A stretch of DNA of 64,000 nucleotides, taken from contig JAZRZJ010000038.1 of the NCBI GenBank assembly GCA_045601285.1, forward strand, positions 3,165-67,164, written 5' to 3'. The position numbers were made by a program, and so were the translations under genes. The notes beneath the pieces were generated by a model, which worked only from the letters and a program-made list of their open reading frames with translations, was not told the origin of the DNA and made no database searches. This document shows positions 16,973 through 25,440 of the stretch, piece after piece; within the stretch, counting starts at the first letter, position 1; the number at the start of each line of letters is the position of its first letter. This DNA is from Oscillospiraceae bacterium (GTDB taxonomy: Bacteria; Bacillota; Clostridia; Oscillospirales; Oscillospiraceae).

Positions 16973-18418
16973 ATGCTTGAAGCAATTCACAACGGCATTA
17001 ATGCTGTAAGCGGTGTGCTGTATCAGCCCTACATCGTTCCTCTGATTCTTGTAGTTGCAGGCATTTACTTCACCATTCGCCTCGGCCTGCCTCAGTTCCG
17101 TCTCTTCGGCGAATCCATCAGAGTTGTTTCCGAAAAGCCCAAAGATAAGAACGGTATTTCTTCCTTCGGCGCACTGATGGTTTCCACCGCATCCCGTGTC
17201 GGCACCGGCAACATCATCGGTGTTTGCGCCGCAATCATCATGGGCGGCTTCGGCGCTATCTTCTGGATGTGGATTACCGCAATCCTGGGCGGCGCTTCCG
17301 CTTTTGTTGAATCCACTCTGGCACAGATTTATAAGAAAAAGGATAAAGACGGCACCTACTACGGCGGTCCTTCCTACTATATGCAGGACGCTCTGAAGCA
17401 GCGCTGGCTGGGCATCATCTTTGCAATTATCCTTATCCTGACCTACGCTGTGGGCTACAATATGCTGGCCTCCTACAATACCCAGTCCACCTTTGAAGCC
17501 TTCGGCTTCTATGATGCAAAGGTCACACCTATCATCATCGGTGCTATCCTTGCCATTCTCTTCGGCGCAGTTGTTCTGGGTGGTGCAAAGCGTCTTACCA
17601 AGGTTACCGGTGTTCTTGTTCCCGTTATGGGCATTCTCTACGTTGTTGTTTCTCTTATTATCCTTGTTATCAACGCAAAGTACATTCCCGCCATGTTCGG
17701 TGCGATCTTCCAGAGCGCATTCGACTTCAAGGCAATTTTCGGCGGCTTCACCGGCTCCTGCATCATGTGGGGCATCAAGCGCGGCCTCTACTCCAACGAA
17801 GCAGGTATGGGTTCCGCTCCCAACGCAGCAGCTACCGCAGACGTATCCCACCCCGCAAAGCAGGGTCTGGTTCAGATGCTTTCCGTATTTATCGACACTC
17901 TGCTCATCTGCTCCGCCACCGCATTCATGTGCATGTCCGGTCAGCTGAAGGTTGGCAGCACCGACCTGAGCGCCTATGTTGACAAAGCAGGCGACCCCAT
18001 CTCCGGTATGTTTGTTCAGGACTCCATCTTCGCATCTCTGGGCAACGTCGGCCCCATCTTCATTGCCGTGGCTCTCTGCCTCTTCGCATTCACCACTCTC
18101 ATCGGCAACTACTACTACTGCGAAGGCTGCCTGAAGTTCATCATGAAGAAGACTCCCAGCAAGGCATTTGTAACCGTGTTCCGCCTCTGCGCAACCGTGC
18201 TGGTATTCCTGGGCGCCATTCTTTCCGCAGGCTTTGTATGGGATACCGCTGATATGCTCCAGGGTCTCATGGTTGTCATCAACGTTCCCGTAATTCTTAT
18301 CCTCGCCAAGCCCGCCATTGCAGCTCTCAAGGACTACATGAAGCAGCGCAAGGAAGGCAAGAACCCCGAATTCAAGGCTGCTGACATCGGCATCGCCAAC
18401 ACTGAGTGCTGGAAGTAA
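16973..18418 (+). CDS. Sodium:alanine (AGCS family) amino-acid symporter
   Basis: 481 aa polytopic protein with typical AGCS segments (…VSTASRVGTGNI…, GIKRGLYSNEAGMGSAP). Confidence 0.8.
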   Translation: MLEAIHNGINAVSGVLYQPYIVPLILVVAGIYFTIRLGLPQFRLFGESIRVVSEKPKDKNGISSFGALMVSTASRVGTGNIIGVCAAIIMGGFGAIFWMWITAILGGASAFVESTLAQIYKKKDKDGTYYGGPSYYMQDALKQRWLGIIFAIILILTYAVGYNMLASYNTQSTFEAFGFYDAKVTPIIIGAILAILFGAVVLGGAKRLTKVTGVLVPVMGILYVVVSLIILVINAKYIPAMFGAIFQSAFDFKAIFGGFTGSCIMWGIKRGLYSNEAGMGSAPNAAATADVSHPAKQGLVQMLSVFIDTLLICSATAFMCMSGQLKVGSTDLSAYVDKAGDPISGMFVQDSIFASLGNVGPIFIAVALCLFAFTTLIGNYYYCEGCLKFIMKKTPSKAFVTVFRLCATVLVFLGAILSAGFVWDTADMLQGLMVVINVPVILILAKPAIAALKDYMKQRKEGKNPEFKAADIGIANTECWK

Positions 18419-18446
18419 TCCATAATTAAGTTAAATCTACCGTCCA

Positions 18447-18548
18447 GGGGCGGAGCGCCATAGGGATTAATAGGCTTTGAACGGACCTTTTCCGCCCATA
18501 CTTTATCAAAAATCCGGCAATGCGTCAGCATTGTCGGATTTTTGTTAT
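18447..18548 (+). repeat. Family-D dispersed repeat carrying a terminator hairpin
   Basis: GGGCG…ATAGGGA..AATAGG.TTTGAACGGA.CTTTTCCGCCCATACTT…CCGGCAATGCGTCAGCATTG.CGGATTTTTG. Related copies are at 24941-25045, 46095-46165 and 46290-46403 (inverted). Confidence 0.8.
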
Positions 18549-18573
18549 ATTTTCCGGACGAAAAATTTTTCAC

Positions 18574-18620
18574 CCAAAACTGCCAGTTGCACCACTGTAG
18601 GGAACAGGCTTGCCTGTTCC
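18574..18620. repeat. Family-C repeat (left flank of the tandem array)
   Basis: CCAAAACTGCCA..TGCACCACTGTAGGGAACAGG…CCTGTTCC. A 47-nt near-identical copy is at 18965-19011. Confidence 0.85.
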
Positions 18621-18644
18621 ACCCCATGAAAGCTAAGCCCCGCC

Positions 18645-18919
18645 TGTCATTCTGAGGAGCCTGTGACGAAGAATCCCCAACGAACAGGGGGATTCTTCGC
18701 TTCGCTCAGAATGACAGGATTGGATGTACTCCGCAGCAAAAGAACTGTCATTCTGAGGAGCCTGCGACGAAGAATCCCCAACGAACAGGGGGATTCTTTG
18801 CTTTGCTCAGAATGACAGGATTGGATGAACTCCGCAGCAAAAGAACTGTCGTTCTGAGGAGCCTGCGACGAAGAAACCCCAACGAGCAGGGAGATTCTTC
18901 GCTTTGCTCAGAATGACAG
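18645..18919. repeat. Tandem array of three 101-bp family-A hairpin units
   Basis: Units start at 18645, 18746 and 18847. Each contains self-complementary arms TGTCATTCTGAGGAGC…GACGAAGAATCCCC / GGGGATTCTTCGC…CTCAGAATGACA. There are a few substitutions between units. Confidence 0.9.
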
Positions 18920-18964
18920 TTATAGGGATGCTGTGCGTTCGGACGGTCAAGACCGTTCCCTACG

Positions 18965-19011
18965 CCAAAACTGCCATCTGCACCACTGTAGGGAACAGGT
19001 TCGCCTGTTCC
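18965..19011. repeat. Family-C repeat (right flank of the tandem array)
   Basis: Direct repeat of 18574-18620 with about 4 mismatches. Confidence 0.85.
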
Positions 19012-19060
19012 GCCAGCGCATGCCTGCCGTATGATGCACCGCCCAAGCCGGTGGATTTTT

Positions 19061-20257
19061 TCATTCTTTAAGCTCTGTTTTTTCAACACTTGGGAGTATT
19101 AGCAGAAAACCGACACTTGCAACGACCGTGCCGACCATCAGCGTGCTGCTGACGCTCAGATTATCCAGCATATAGCCTCCGAGGTAGCTTGCGAAAATAC
19201 TGCCGAGGGTTATCATGCTTGTGGTGAAGGCCTGACCTTTTACAGAGTCACGCTTTTTAATGACCTCCTCAACATAGCGCACCGATGCGGGAATGAACAC
19301 CGCAAAGGACAGCGCCTGAAGGCACATTGCAAAGTACATCATGGGCAGGGAAGAGGCAAACCATGCCGCCGCCTGCTTCACCGCAAACATTACGGCGGAA
19401 AACTTCAGCAGAGTGGAGCACCGTATCCTCCGCAGAAGCCTGTCAAACAGAAGCATGGCGGGAAGCTCGCACAGCGCCATAATGCAGAAAATATTTCCCA
19501 TGTCGCCGCTGTTGCCGCCAATGGGACGGAGAAACTCAATCATAAAGTTGCCCAGAAGCGAGTGGGAGAAAAACAGCATTGCCACGCCCAGAAGATAAAC
19601 GCAGAAGCGCTTGTTCTGCCGTATGAATACACCGATGGAACTTGCGGCTTTTTCGGGATTGTCAAACACTTTCGCGGGAACAAGACGCATTGTCTTTTCC
19701 TGATGAACCATAATTCCGATAGCGGCAATGAGCAGCACCAGAAGAATTATGTAAACTACCGGCACTACTTCCGGACTGAGCTTTTGGGTGAGAACGCCGA
19801 GAAGCGCCATGCACAGCGCAAAGCAAAGCGAGCCCACACCTCTTGAACGCGCGAATTTAATGCTGTAGCCCCAGGTGTTGAGATAGGTGCTCATGGCGTT
19901 GGTCAGCGGCTGCAGGAGAATGCTTGTGGCAAGCATCAGAATGTACACGGCAGACAGCAGAGCGCAGGCACTCGGAATAAACACCGCGGCAAAGGAAAGG
20001 AGCATTGATATTGCCGCGATTGCCGCGGAGCTGATAAGCAGCGGCTTTTTGTTGCGCCTGTCAATGTAGCCCGCCGCCACCGGCTGCAGGAGGAAGGCTG
20101 CAACATTGCCTAAGGCGAGGATAATTCCCAGCTCATAGTTTGAGTAGCCCCTATATTGCAGAAAAACGGCGGCAAAATTAAAGACAAGACCGTTTGACGC
20201 CCAAAAGACACCCAGCGTCCATGAAAATTCTAAATTTAGTTTGGTATTAGCTTTCAT
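19061..20257 (-). CDS. MFS transporter
   Basis: 398 aa with about 12 TM segments in an MFS-like 6+6 layout and a central loop. Confidence 0.7.
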   Translation of the reverse strand: MKANTKLNLEFSWTLGVFWASNGLVFNFAAVFLQYRGYSNYELGIILALGNVAAFLLQPVAAGYIDRRNKKPLLISSAAIAAISMLLSFAAVFIPSACALLSAVYILMLATSILLQPLTNAMSTYLNTWGYSIKFARSRGVGSLCFALCMALLGVLTQKLSPEVVPVVYIILLVLLIAAIGIMVHQEKTMRLVPAKVFDNPEKAASSIGVFIRQNKRFCVYLLGVAMLFFSHSLLGNFMIEFLRPIGGNSGDMGNIFCIMALCELPAMLLFDRLLRRIRCSTLLKFSAVMFAVKQAAAWFASSLPMMYFAMCLQALSFAVFIPASVRYVEEVIKKRDSVKGQAFTTSMITLGSIFASYLGGYMLDNLSVSSTLMVGTVVASVGFLLILPSVEKTELKE

Positions 20258-20346
20258 AATTCATCTCTTTTACTATGTAGAATTTTATTATAGCATAATA
20301 CACTATATGATACAAGAAAAAGGCGGCTCAAATGAGCCGCCTGAAC

Positions 20347-21093
20347 TTATTTCTTGCCTTTCGGATTTCTGACATTTGCAAAGGGATCGTTTCCACCGCC
20401 GCAGAACATTGTGTAGTTCAGGCTTGAGGAAATGTGGTTTTCCATTGCCTGCCGCGCAAGCTCGGGAATACGCATCTTGATTGCCTCAACAACTGCGTTG
20501 TGGTTATAGGTTATGCTTGAGGACCAGGGGTTGTCGACGTTTGCGCTGACGAACTTCAGCATGGAGGACTGGTACATGGTGAGGTTTGGCAGAAGCATTT
20601 CATAGCACTTCTGAATGTACTTGTTTCCGCAGGATTTGACAATAAGCGCATGGAAGGGCATATCGCTTCCCAGCATACCGTCATAGTCCTTGGCAATAAG
20701 ACAGTCGCGGTAATCATTGGCAAGACGCTCAAGCTCCTTAACCGTTGACTCGTCAGCGTGCTCCGTGCAGAGCACGGCAGCCTCGCATTCAATGGCGGTG
20801 CGGACATCGTAAAGATTTATCATATCCGTCATACTCAGGTCAATGACAAAGTAACCGCTTGTTTCGGGGCGGGAAACTACAAAGCCGAGGTCGCACAGAT
20901 TGATGATTGCTTCGGCAACGGGAGTGCGGGAAATGCCCAGCGCGGAAGCAATGCTGTTTACATTCAGCTTAGTACCCGGTGCGATTCTGAGCGAAACGAT
21001 TTCATCGTAAAGCATTTGCGTTACGAGATCTCTCAGCTTTGCCGAAGGGTCTCTGTCGAGATATGTCTGAAACTCCGAGCGATTCATTTCCAT
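20347..21093 (-). CDS. GntR-family transcriptional regulator (FadR/FCD-type C-terminal domain)
   Basis: 248 aa. N-terminal winged HTH (…PGTKLNVNSIASALGISRTPVAEAI…). A terminator hairpin follows (20318-20343). Confidence 0.75.
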   Translation of the reverse strand: MEMNRSEFQTYLDRDPSAKLRDLVTQMLYDEIVSLRIAPGTKLNVNSIASALGISRTPVAEAIINLCDLGFVVSRPETSGYFVIDLSMTDMINLYDVRTAIECEAAVLCTEHADESTVKELERLANDYRDCLIAKDYDGMLGSDMPFHALIVKSCGNKYIQKCYEMLLPNLTMYQSSMLKFVSANVDNPWSSSITYNHNAVVEAIKMRIPELARQAMENHISSSLNYTMFCGGGNDPFANVRNPKGKK

Positions 21094-21242
21094 ATCCTCC
21101 CATGAGCTTGATTTAGTACGAAATGAGGAAAAAGTTAATGATATTGAACCTTAGCTATGTTAATTTTACTACAAAATGCCAGTGAGCGCAATAATTAAAT
21201 GCAGGTTTTGATAAAAAATTACCTATAAGGAAACGTCTTTTT

Positions 21243-21340
21243 CACCTCATCAGGCTCGCAAGCTCGCCAGCTTCCCCTCAAGGGGAAGCCTTCTCCTTGA
21301 GGAGAAGGTGGATGCGACGAAGAAGCAGACGGATGAGGTG
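21243..21340. repeat. Family-E hairpin repeat
   Basis: CACCTCATC…CTTCCCCTCAAGGGGAAG CCTTCTCCTTGAGGAGAAGG…GATGAGGTG. A related copy is at 51358-51479. Confidence 0.8.
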
Positions 21341-21456
21341 TCGATTCTGAAATTTTGTCATCGCTTAAGCTCTTTTGAACCACCCGCTAACGCGTGGTTT
21401 TTGATATACAAAAAACAGCGGCATTCTTTTGAATGCCGCTGCTAAGCTGCTGTAAA

Positions 21457-22854
21457 TTACTTGTTTTTGGACTTTATGTACTCGTCGATGCTCTTTGCAC
21501 CGGTCTTGCCTGCGCCCATTGCCAGAATAACGGTTGCGGAACCGGTAACTGCGTCGCCGCCGGCGAATACACCCTCGCGTGCGGTCTGACCGTTCTCGTC
21601 AGCCTCGATGCCGCCCTTCTTGGTGACGGTGAGACCCTTGGTGGTGGAACGGATCAGGGGGTTGGGGCTGGTGCCGATTGCAATGATAACTGCGTCGCAG
21701 GGAAGAATCCAGTTGGAGCCTTCAACAGCAACGGGCTTTCTGCGTCCCTTTTCGTCGGGCTCGCCGAGCTCCATCTTCTGCAGCTCGATGCCGGTTACGC
21801 GGCCTTCCTCGTCGCCGTGAATGGCGATGGGGTTGTTCAGCAGCTGGAACTCAATGCCCTCAGCCTCTGCATGCTCAACCTCTTCCTTACGGGCGGGCAG
21901 CTCATCGCGGCCACGACGGTAGGTGATGTAAACGTGCTCGCCGCCAAGACGCTTTGCAACACGGGATGCGTCCATAGCAACGTTGCCGCCGCCGACAACA
22001 GCGACTACCTTGGGGTGCTTGATGGGCGTATCGTAATCATCGCGGTATGCCTTCATGAGATTGGTACGGGTGAGGATCTCGTTTGCGGAGTAAACACCCA
22101 GAAGATTTTCGCCGGGGATACGCAGGAACTGGGGAAGACCTGCGCCGGAGCCGATGAAGACAGCTTCGTACTTTTCGTCGTCAAACAGCTCGTCAATGGT
22201 CATGGCCTTGCCGATAACTGCGTCGGTGACGATCTTGACACCCATCTTTTCAAGGTTTGCAACCTCGGCTGCAACGATTTCCTTGGGGAGACGGAACTGG
22301 GGAATGCCGTAAACCAGAACGCCGCCGGGCTTATGGAATGCTTCGTAAATGGTTACGTCGTAGCCCATCTTGCGCAGGTCGCCTGCACAGGTCAGGGAGG
22401 CAGGGCCGGAGCCTACGATTGCGATGCGGTGGCCGTTGGATTCGGGAACCTTAACTTCGTCCTTGACTTCCTTGTTCATGTGGTAGTCTGCAACAAAGCG
22501 CTCCAGACGGCCAATGCCGACTGCTTCGCCCTTGATGCCGCGGACGCACTTGCTCTCGCACTGCTTTTCCTGGGGGCATACACGGCCGCAGACAGCAGGC
22601 AGGGAGTTGGTGGAAGTGATGATTTCGTATGCTGCGTCAAAGTCGCCTGCGGCAACCTTGGCAATAAATTCGGGAATACGTACGGAAACGGGGCAGCCGC
22701 TGCGGCAGGGCATATTGTGGCAGCTCAGGCAACGCTTTGCCTCGTCCATTGCCATTTCGGGAGTGTAGCCGAGAGCGACCTCGTCAAAGTTGCCGGCGCG
22801 GACGATAGGATCCTGCTCGGGCATGGGGTTCTTTTCCATCTTCATATTAGCCAT
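21457..22854 (-). CDS. nfnB: NfnB/GltD-type NADPH-dependent Fe-S flavoprotein (large subunit of an NfnAB/SudAB-type enzyme)
   Basis: 465 aa with PCRSGCP…AVCGRVCPQEKQCESKC, IVGSGPAS and VVGGGNVAMD. Overlaps the upstream nfnA-like gene by 8 nt. Confidence 0.7.
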   Translation of the reverse strand: MANMKMEKNPMPEQDPIVRAGNFDEVALGYTPEMAMDEAKRCLSCHNMPCRSGCPVSVRIPEFIAKVAAGDFDAAYEIITSTNSLPAVCGRVCPQEKQCESKCVRGIKGEAVGIGRLERFVADYHMNKEVKDEVKVPESNGHRIAIVGSGPASLTCAGDLRKMGYDVTIYEAFHKPGGVLVYGIPQFRLPKEIVAAEVANLEKMGVKIVTDAVIGKAMTIDELFDDEKYEAVFIGSGAGLPQFLRIPGENLLGVYSANEILTRTNLMKAYRDDYDTPIKHPKVVAVVGGGNVAMDASRVAKRLGGEHVYITYRRGRDELPARKEEVEHAEAEGIEFQLLNNPIAIHGDEEGRVTGIELQKMELGEPDEKGRRKPVAVEGSNWILPCDAVIIAIGTSPNPLIRSTTKGLTVTKKGGIEADENGQTAREGVFAGGDAVTGSATVILAMGAGKTGAKSIDEYIKSKNK

Positions 22855-23713
22855 TGCGCTTACCTCCGGTCATATTGCAGATATGCTTTGCAGCTTCTGC
22901 CTGCTCGTCTTTGTAGAATGCTGCGCGCTTGATGAGGGAATCAAAGTCAACCTCGTGTGCGTCAAAGTCGGGGCCGTCAACGCAGGCGAACTTGGTCTCG
23001 CCGCCAACGATAACACGGCAGCCGCCGCACATACCGGTACCGTCGACCATTATGGGGTCGAGGGAGATGATGGTCTTGATGCCGTAGGGGCGGGTAACGT
23101 CGGCCAGGAACTTCATCATGATGTCGGGACCGATTGCGATAACGCGGTCAAACTGAGGCTTGCCCTCTGCGATGTTTGCATCGATTTCCTGCTTGAGATA
23201 CTGGGTGGTGAAGCCCTTTTCACCGTAGGTGCCGTCGTCGGTGCACATGATGAGCTTGTCAGATGCTGCCTTGAGCTCGTCCTTAAGGATAACGATATCA
23301 GCACTTCTGAAGCCGCCGATGAAGGTTACTTCGATGCCCTTTTCGTGCATTTCCTTAGCAATAGGATATGCGATCGCACAGCCGACGCCGCCGCCGACAA
23401 CACAGACCTTCTTCAGACCTTCCATCTCGGTAGCCTTGCCGAGAGGACCGACGAAGTCGGTGATGTAGTCGCCCTGCTCAACGGTGTGGAGCATTCTGGT
23501 GGTACGGCCTGCGGCCTGAACCATAACGGTTACGGTACCCTTTTCGCGATCATAGCCCGCAACGGAAACGGGAGTACGCTCGCCCTGCTCGTCAAGACGG
23601 AAGATGACGAACTGACCTGCCTGTGCGTGCTTTGCAACCAGGGGTGCCTCGATTTCAAACAGGCAGATGGTCTTTGCCTCGTTCAGAAATCTTTTAGTTA
23701 CTACTTTGAACAT
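22847..23713 (-). CDS. nfnA: NfnA-type FAD/NAD-binding subunit with C-terminal 2Fe-2S motif
   Basis: 288 aa with a ferredoxin-NADP reductase-like fold and C-terminal GTGMCGGCRV…FACVDGP. Confidence 0.7.
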   Translation of the reverse strand: MFKVVTKRFLNEAKTICLFEIEAPLVAKHAQAGQFVIFRLDEQGERTPVSVAGYDREKGTVTVMVQAAGRTTRMLHTVEQGDYITDFVGPLGKATEMEGLKKVCVVGGGVGCAIAYPIAKEMHEKGIEVTFIGGFRSADIVILKDELKAASDKLIMCTDDGTYGEKGFTTQYLKQEIDANIAEGKPQFDRVIAIGPDIMMKFLADVTRPYGIKTIISLDPIMVDGTGMCGGCRVIVGGETKFACVDGPDFDAHEVDFDSLIKRAAFYKDEQAEAAKHICNMTGGKRNG

Positions 23714-23953
23714 GTCATTACCTCTTGTCTTTTATAAAATTTGTATTAAAAAACATACTTAGACAACATTAGATATTTTACTTTAATTGACTCATAATGT
23801 CAACAACCGAAATTTAGTCAATACTGTAAAAATGTCAGTATTTTCAATGCTTTGCGGGTTTTTGCTGTTTATATTTTAACAGTCTTTCTGCAAAAGTTTG
23901 CCCTTGCCCATATGCTCTGCAGGGTATATATTATACACGGTGGTGATAATACC

Positions 23954-24925
23954 GTGATTTTTGAAAAAAGCTTCGGCGATAATTATTCGCTTTTTACCAT
24001 TGAAAACAAAAACGGACTGAAAGTTTCCGTCACAGAGCTGGGCGCAACGGTGCAGAGTATTCTTACACCCGACAGAAACGGCGCCTTTGCGGACATAGTT
24101 CTCGGCTATGATACGCCGGAGGAATACCTCATGCACGGGGACTATCTCGGAGCAACCGTAGGCCGCTATGCAAACAGAATTGCGGGAGCGGGGTTCCGTC
24201 TTGACGGCAGGGAATATAAGCTTACCGCAAACGAAGGGGAGAATACCCTTCACGGCGGAGAGGGCTTCAGTAAAAAACGCTTTTCCCTTGAGTACAGGGA
24301 CGAGGATACAATCATCTTTGAGCTTGTTTCGCCCGACAGAGAGGACGGCTTCCCGGGTGAGCTTACCGCAGACGTGCTTTACAGACTGAGTGACAATGAC
24401 GAGCTTCAGATAATTTATTCCGCGTCCTCCACAAAGGACACGTTTGTCAATATGTGCAGCCACAGCTACTTCAATCTGCGGGGGAAGGGAACAGTGCTTG
24501 ACCACTTCCTCATGATAAACGCGGACAGCTATACTCCCGTTGATGAAAAGCTTATTCCCACGGGGGAGATAAAAGACCTTGCGGGAACGGATTTTGATTT
24601 CCGCAGTATGCGTAAGATCGAAAAGGGCTTTTATGACCATAACTTTGTGCTGAATGAGGGAGCTCTGTGCGCCGAGGTCTATGAGGAAACAAGCGGCAGA
24701 ACGATGCGCATTACAACGGATATGCCAGGCGTGCAGTTCTATGCCGCGGGCATGCTTTCGGAGAGAAGGGGCAAGGGCGGCGCGCTCTACGGAAAAAATT
24801 CCGGTCTGTGTCTTGAAACCCAGTTTTTCCCCGACAGTCCCAACCGTCCCGAATTTCCCTCCTGCCTGCTGAAAAAGGACGGAATATTCATAAAGAAAAC
24901 CGTGTACAAATTCGGAGTAAAGTGA
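23954..24925 (+). CDS. galM: Aldose 1-epimerase (galactose mutarotase)
   Basis: Mutarotase motifs present (…GATVGRYANRI…, TLHGG, …NMCSHSYFNL…, CLETQ.FPDSPN). The GTG start at 23954 is preferred because GGTGGTGA lies 7 nt upstream. The ORF-track start at 23852 has no RBS. Confidence 0.8.
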   Translation: MIFEKSFGDNYSLFTIENKNGLKVSVTELGATVQSILTPDRNGAFADIVLGYDTPEEYLMHGDYLGATVGRYANRIAGAGFRLDGREYKLTANEGENTLHGGEGFSKKRFSLEYRDEDTIIFELVSPDREDGFPGELTADVLYRLSDNDELQIIYSASSTKDTFVNMCSHSYFNLRGKGTVLDHFLMINADSYTPVDEKLIPTGEIKDLAGTDFDFRSMRKIEKGFYDHNFVLNEGALCAEVYEETSGRTMRITTDMPGVQFYAAGMLSERRGKGGALYGKNSGLCLETQFFPDSPNRPEFPSCLLKKDGIFIKKTVYKFGVK

Positions 24926-24940
24926 GAATGCCGCAGCAAC

Positions 24941-25045
24941 GGGCGCTCCACAAAGGGAAGAACAGGTTTTAAACATGTCTTTTCCGTACATACTTCATAA
25001 AAAACTCGGCATTGCTGCACATGCGTCAGCATTGCCGGGTTTTAA
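24941..25045 (+). repeat. Family-D dispersed repeat with terminator hairpin
   Basis: GGGCGCTCCACAAAGGGAAGAACAGGTTTTAAAC…CTTTTCCGTACATACTTCATAAAAAACTCGGCATTGC…GCATTGCCGGGTTTT aligns to 18447-18548. Confidence 0.75.
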
Positions 25046-25140
25046 TTATTTCATGCCCGAATTGCACCCTGCATACATTATAAAGGATACTGACGTGACT
25101 GTATGCTGAAATCCGGGCAGCGCCTGACTGATATTTCCGG

Positions 25141-25193
25141 TTGACATTATCTCGGAGTTAGCATATACTAACCACAGTTAGCCGACGCTAACT
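25141..25193 (+). promoter_or_regulatory. feo promoter with two TTAGC/GCTAA palindromes
   Basis: TTGACA (25141), 17 nt, TATACT (25164). Palindrome GTTAGcatataCTAAC (25157-25172) overlaps the -10. The perfect palindrome AGTTAGC-cgac-GCTAACT (25176-25193) lies before the RBS. Confidence 0.55.
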
Positions 25194-25206
25194 TGGAGGT
25201 GACATT

Positions 25207-25440
25207 ATGACACTTGATAATCTTCAGACAGGAAAAAGAGCCATAATTCTCACAGTCGGCGGTGAGGAAAAGCTGCGCTGTCATCTGCTGGACATGGGGC
25301 TTATACCGCATACCGAGGTGACCGTTCGCAAAACCGCGCCGCTTGGTGATCCTATTGAAATCAGTTTGCGGGGCTACACCATGACGCTCCGTAAGAGCGA
25401 TGCGGCTGAAATTGAAATTCAGCCCTACCCGGAGGTGTGA
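25207..25440 (+). CDS. feoA: Ferrous iron transport protein FeoA
   Basis: 77 aa, SH3-like FeoA pattern (…LLDMGLIPHTEVTV…PIEISLRGY). Overlaps the feoB start. Confidence 0.85.
   Translation: MTLDNLQTGKRAIILTVGGEEKLRCHLLDMGLIPHTEVTVRKTAPLGDPIEISLRGYTMTLRKSDAAEIEIQPYPEV

Noticed and set aside
18645-18919. Possible CRISPR array, because of regularly spaced repeats.
   Set aside because: The 101-bp units are contiguous and have no unique spacers between them. Each unit is itself a long hairpin, the same unit occurs singly elsewhere, and no cas genes are present.
23714-23911. A Rex-type (TTGTGAA…TTCACAA) operator upstream of nfnA.
   Set aside because: Only a partial half-site (TTGTTGA) overlapping the -35 is visible, and the second half-site does not match. 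The evidence is too weak to call.
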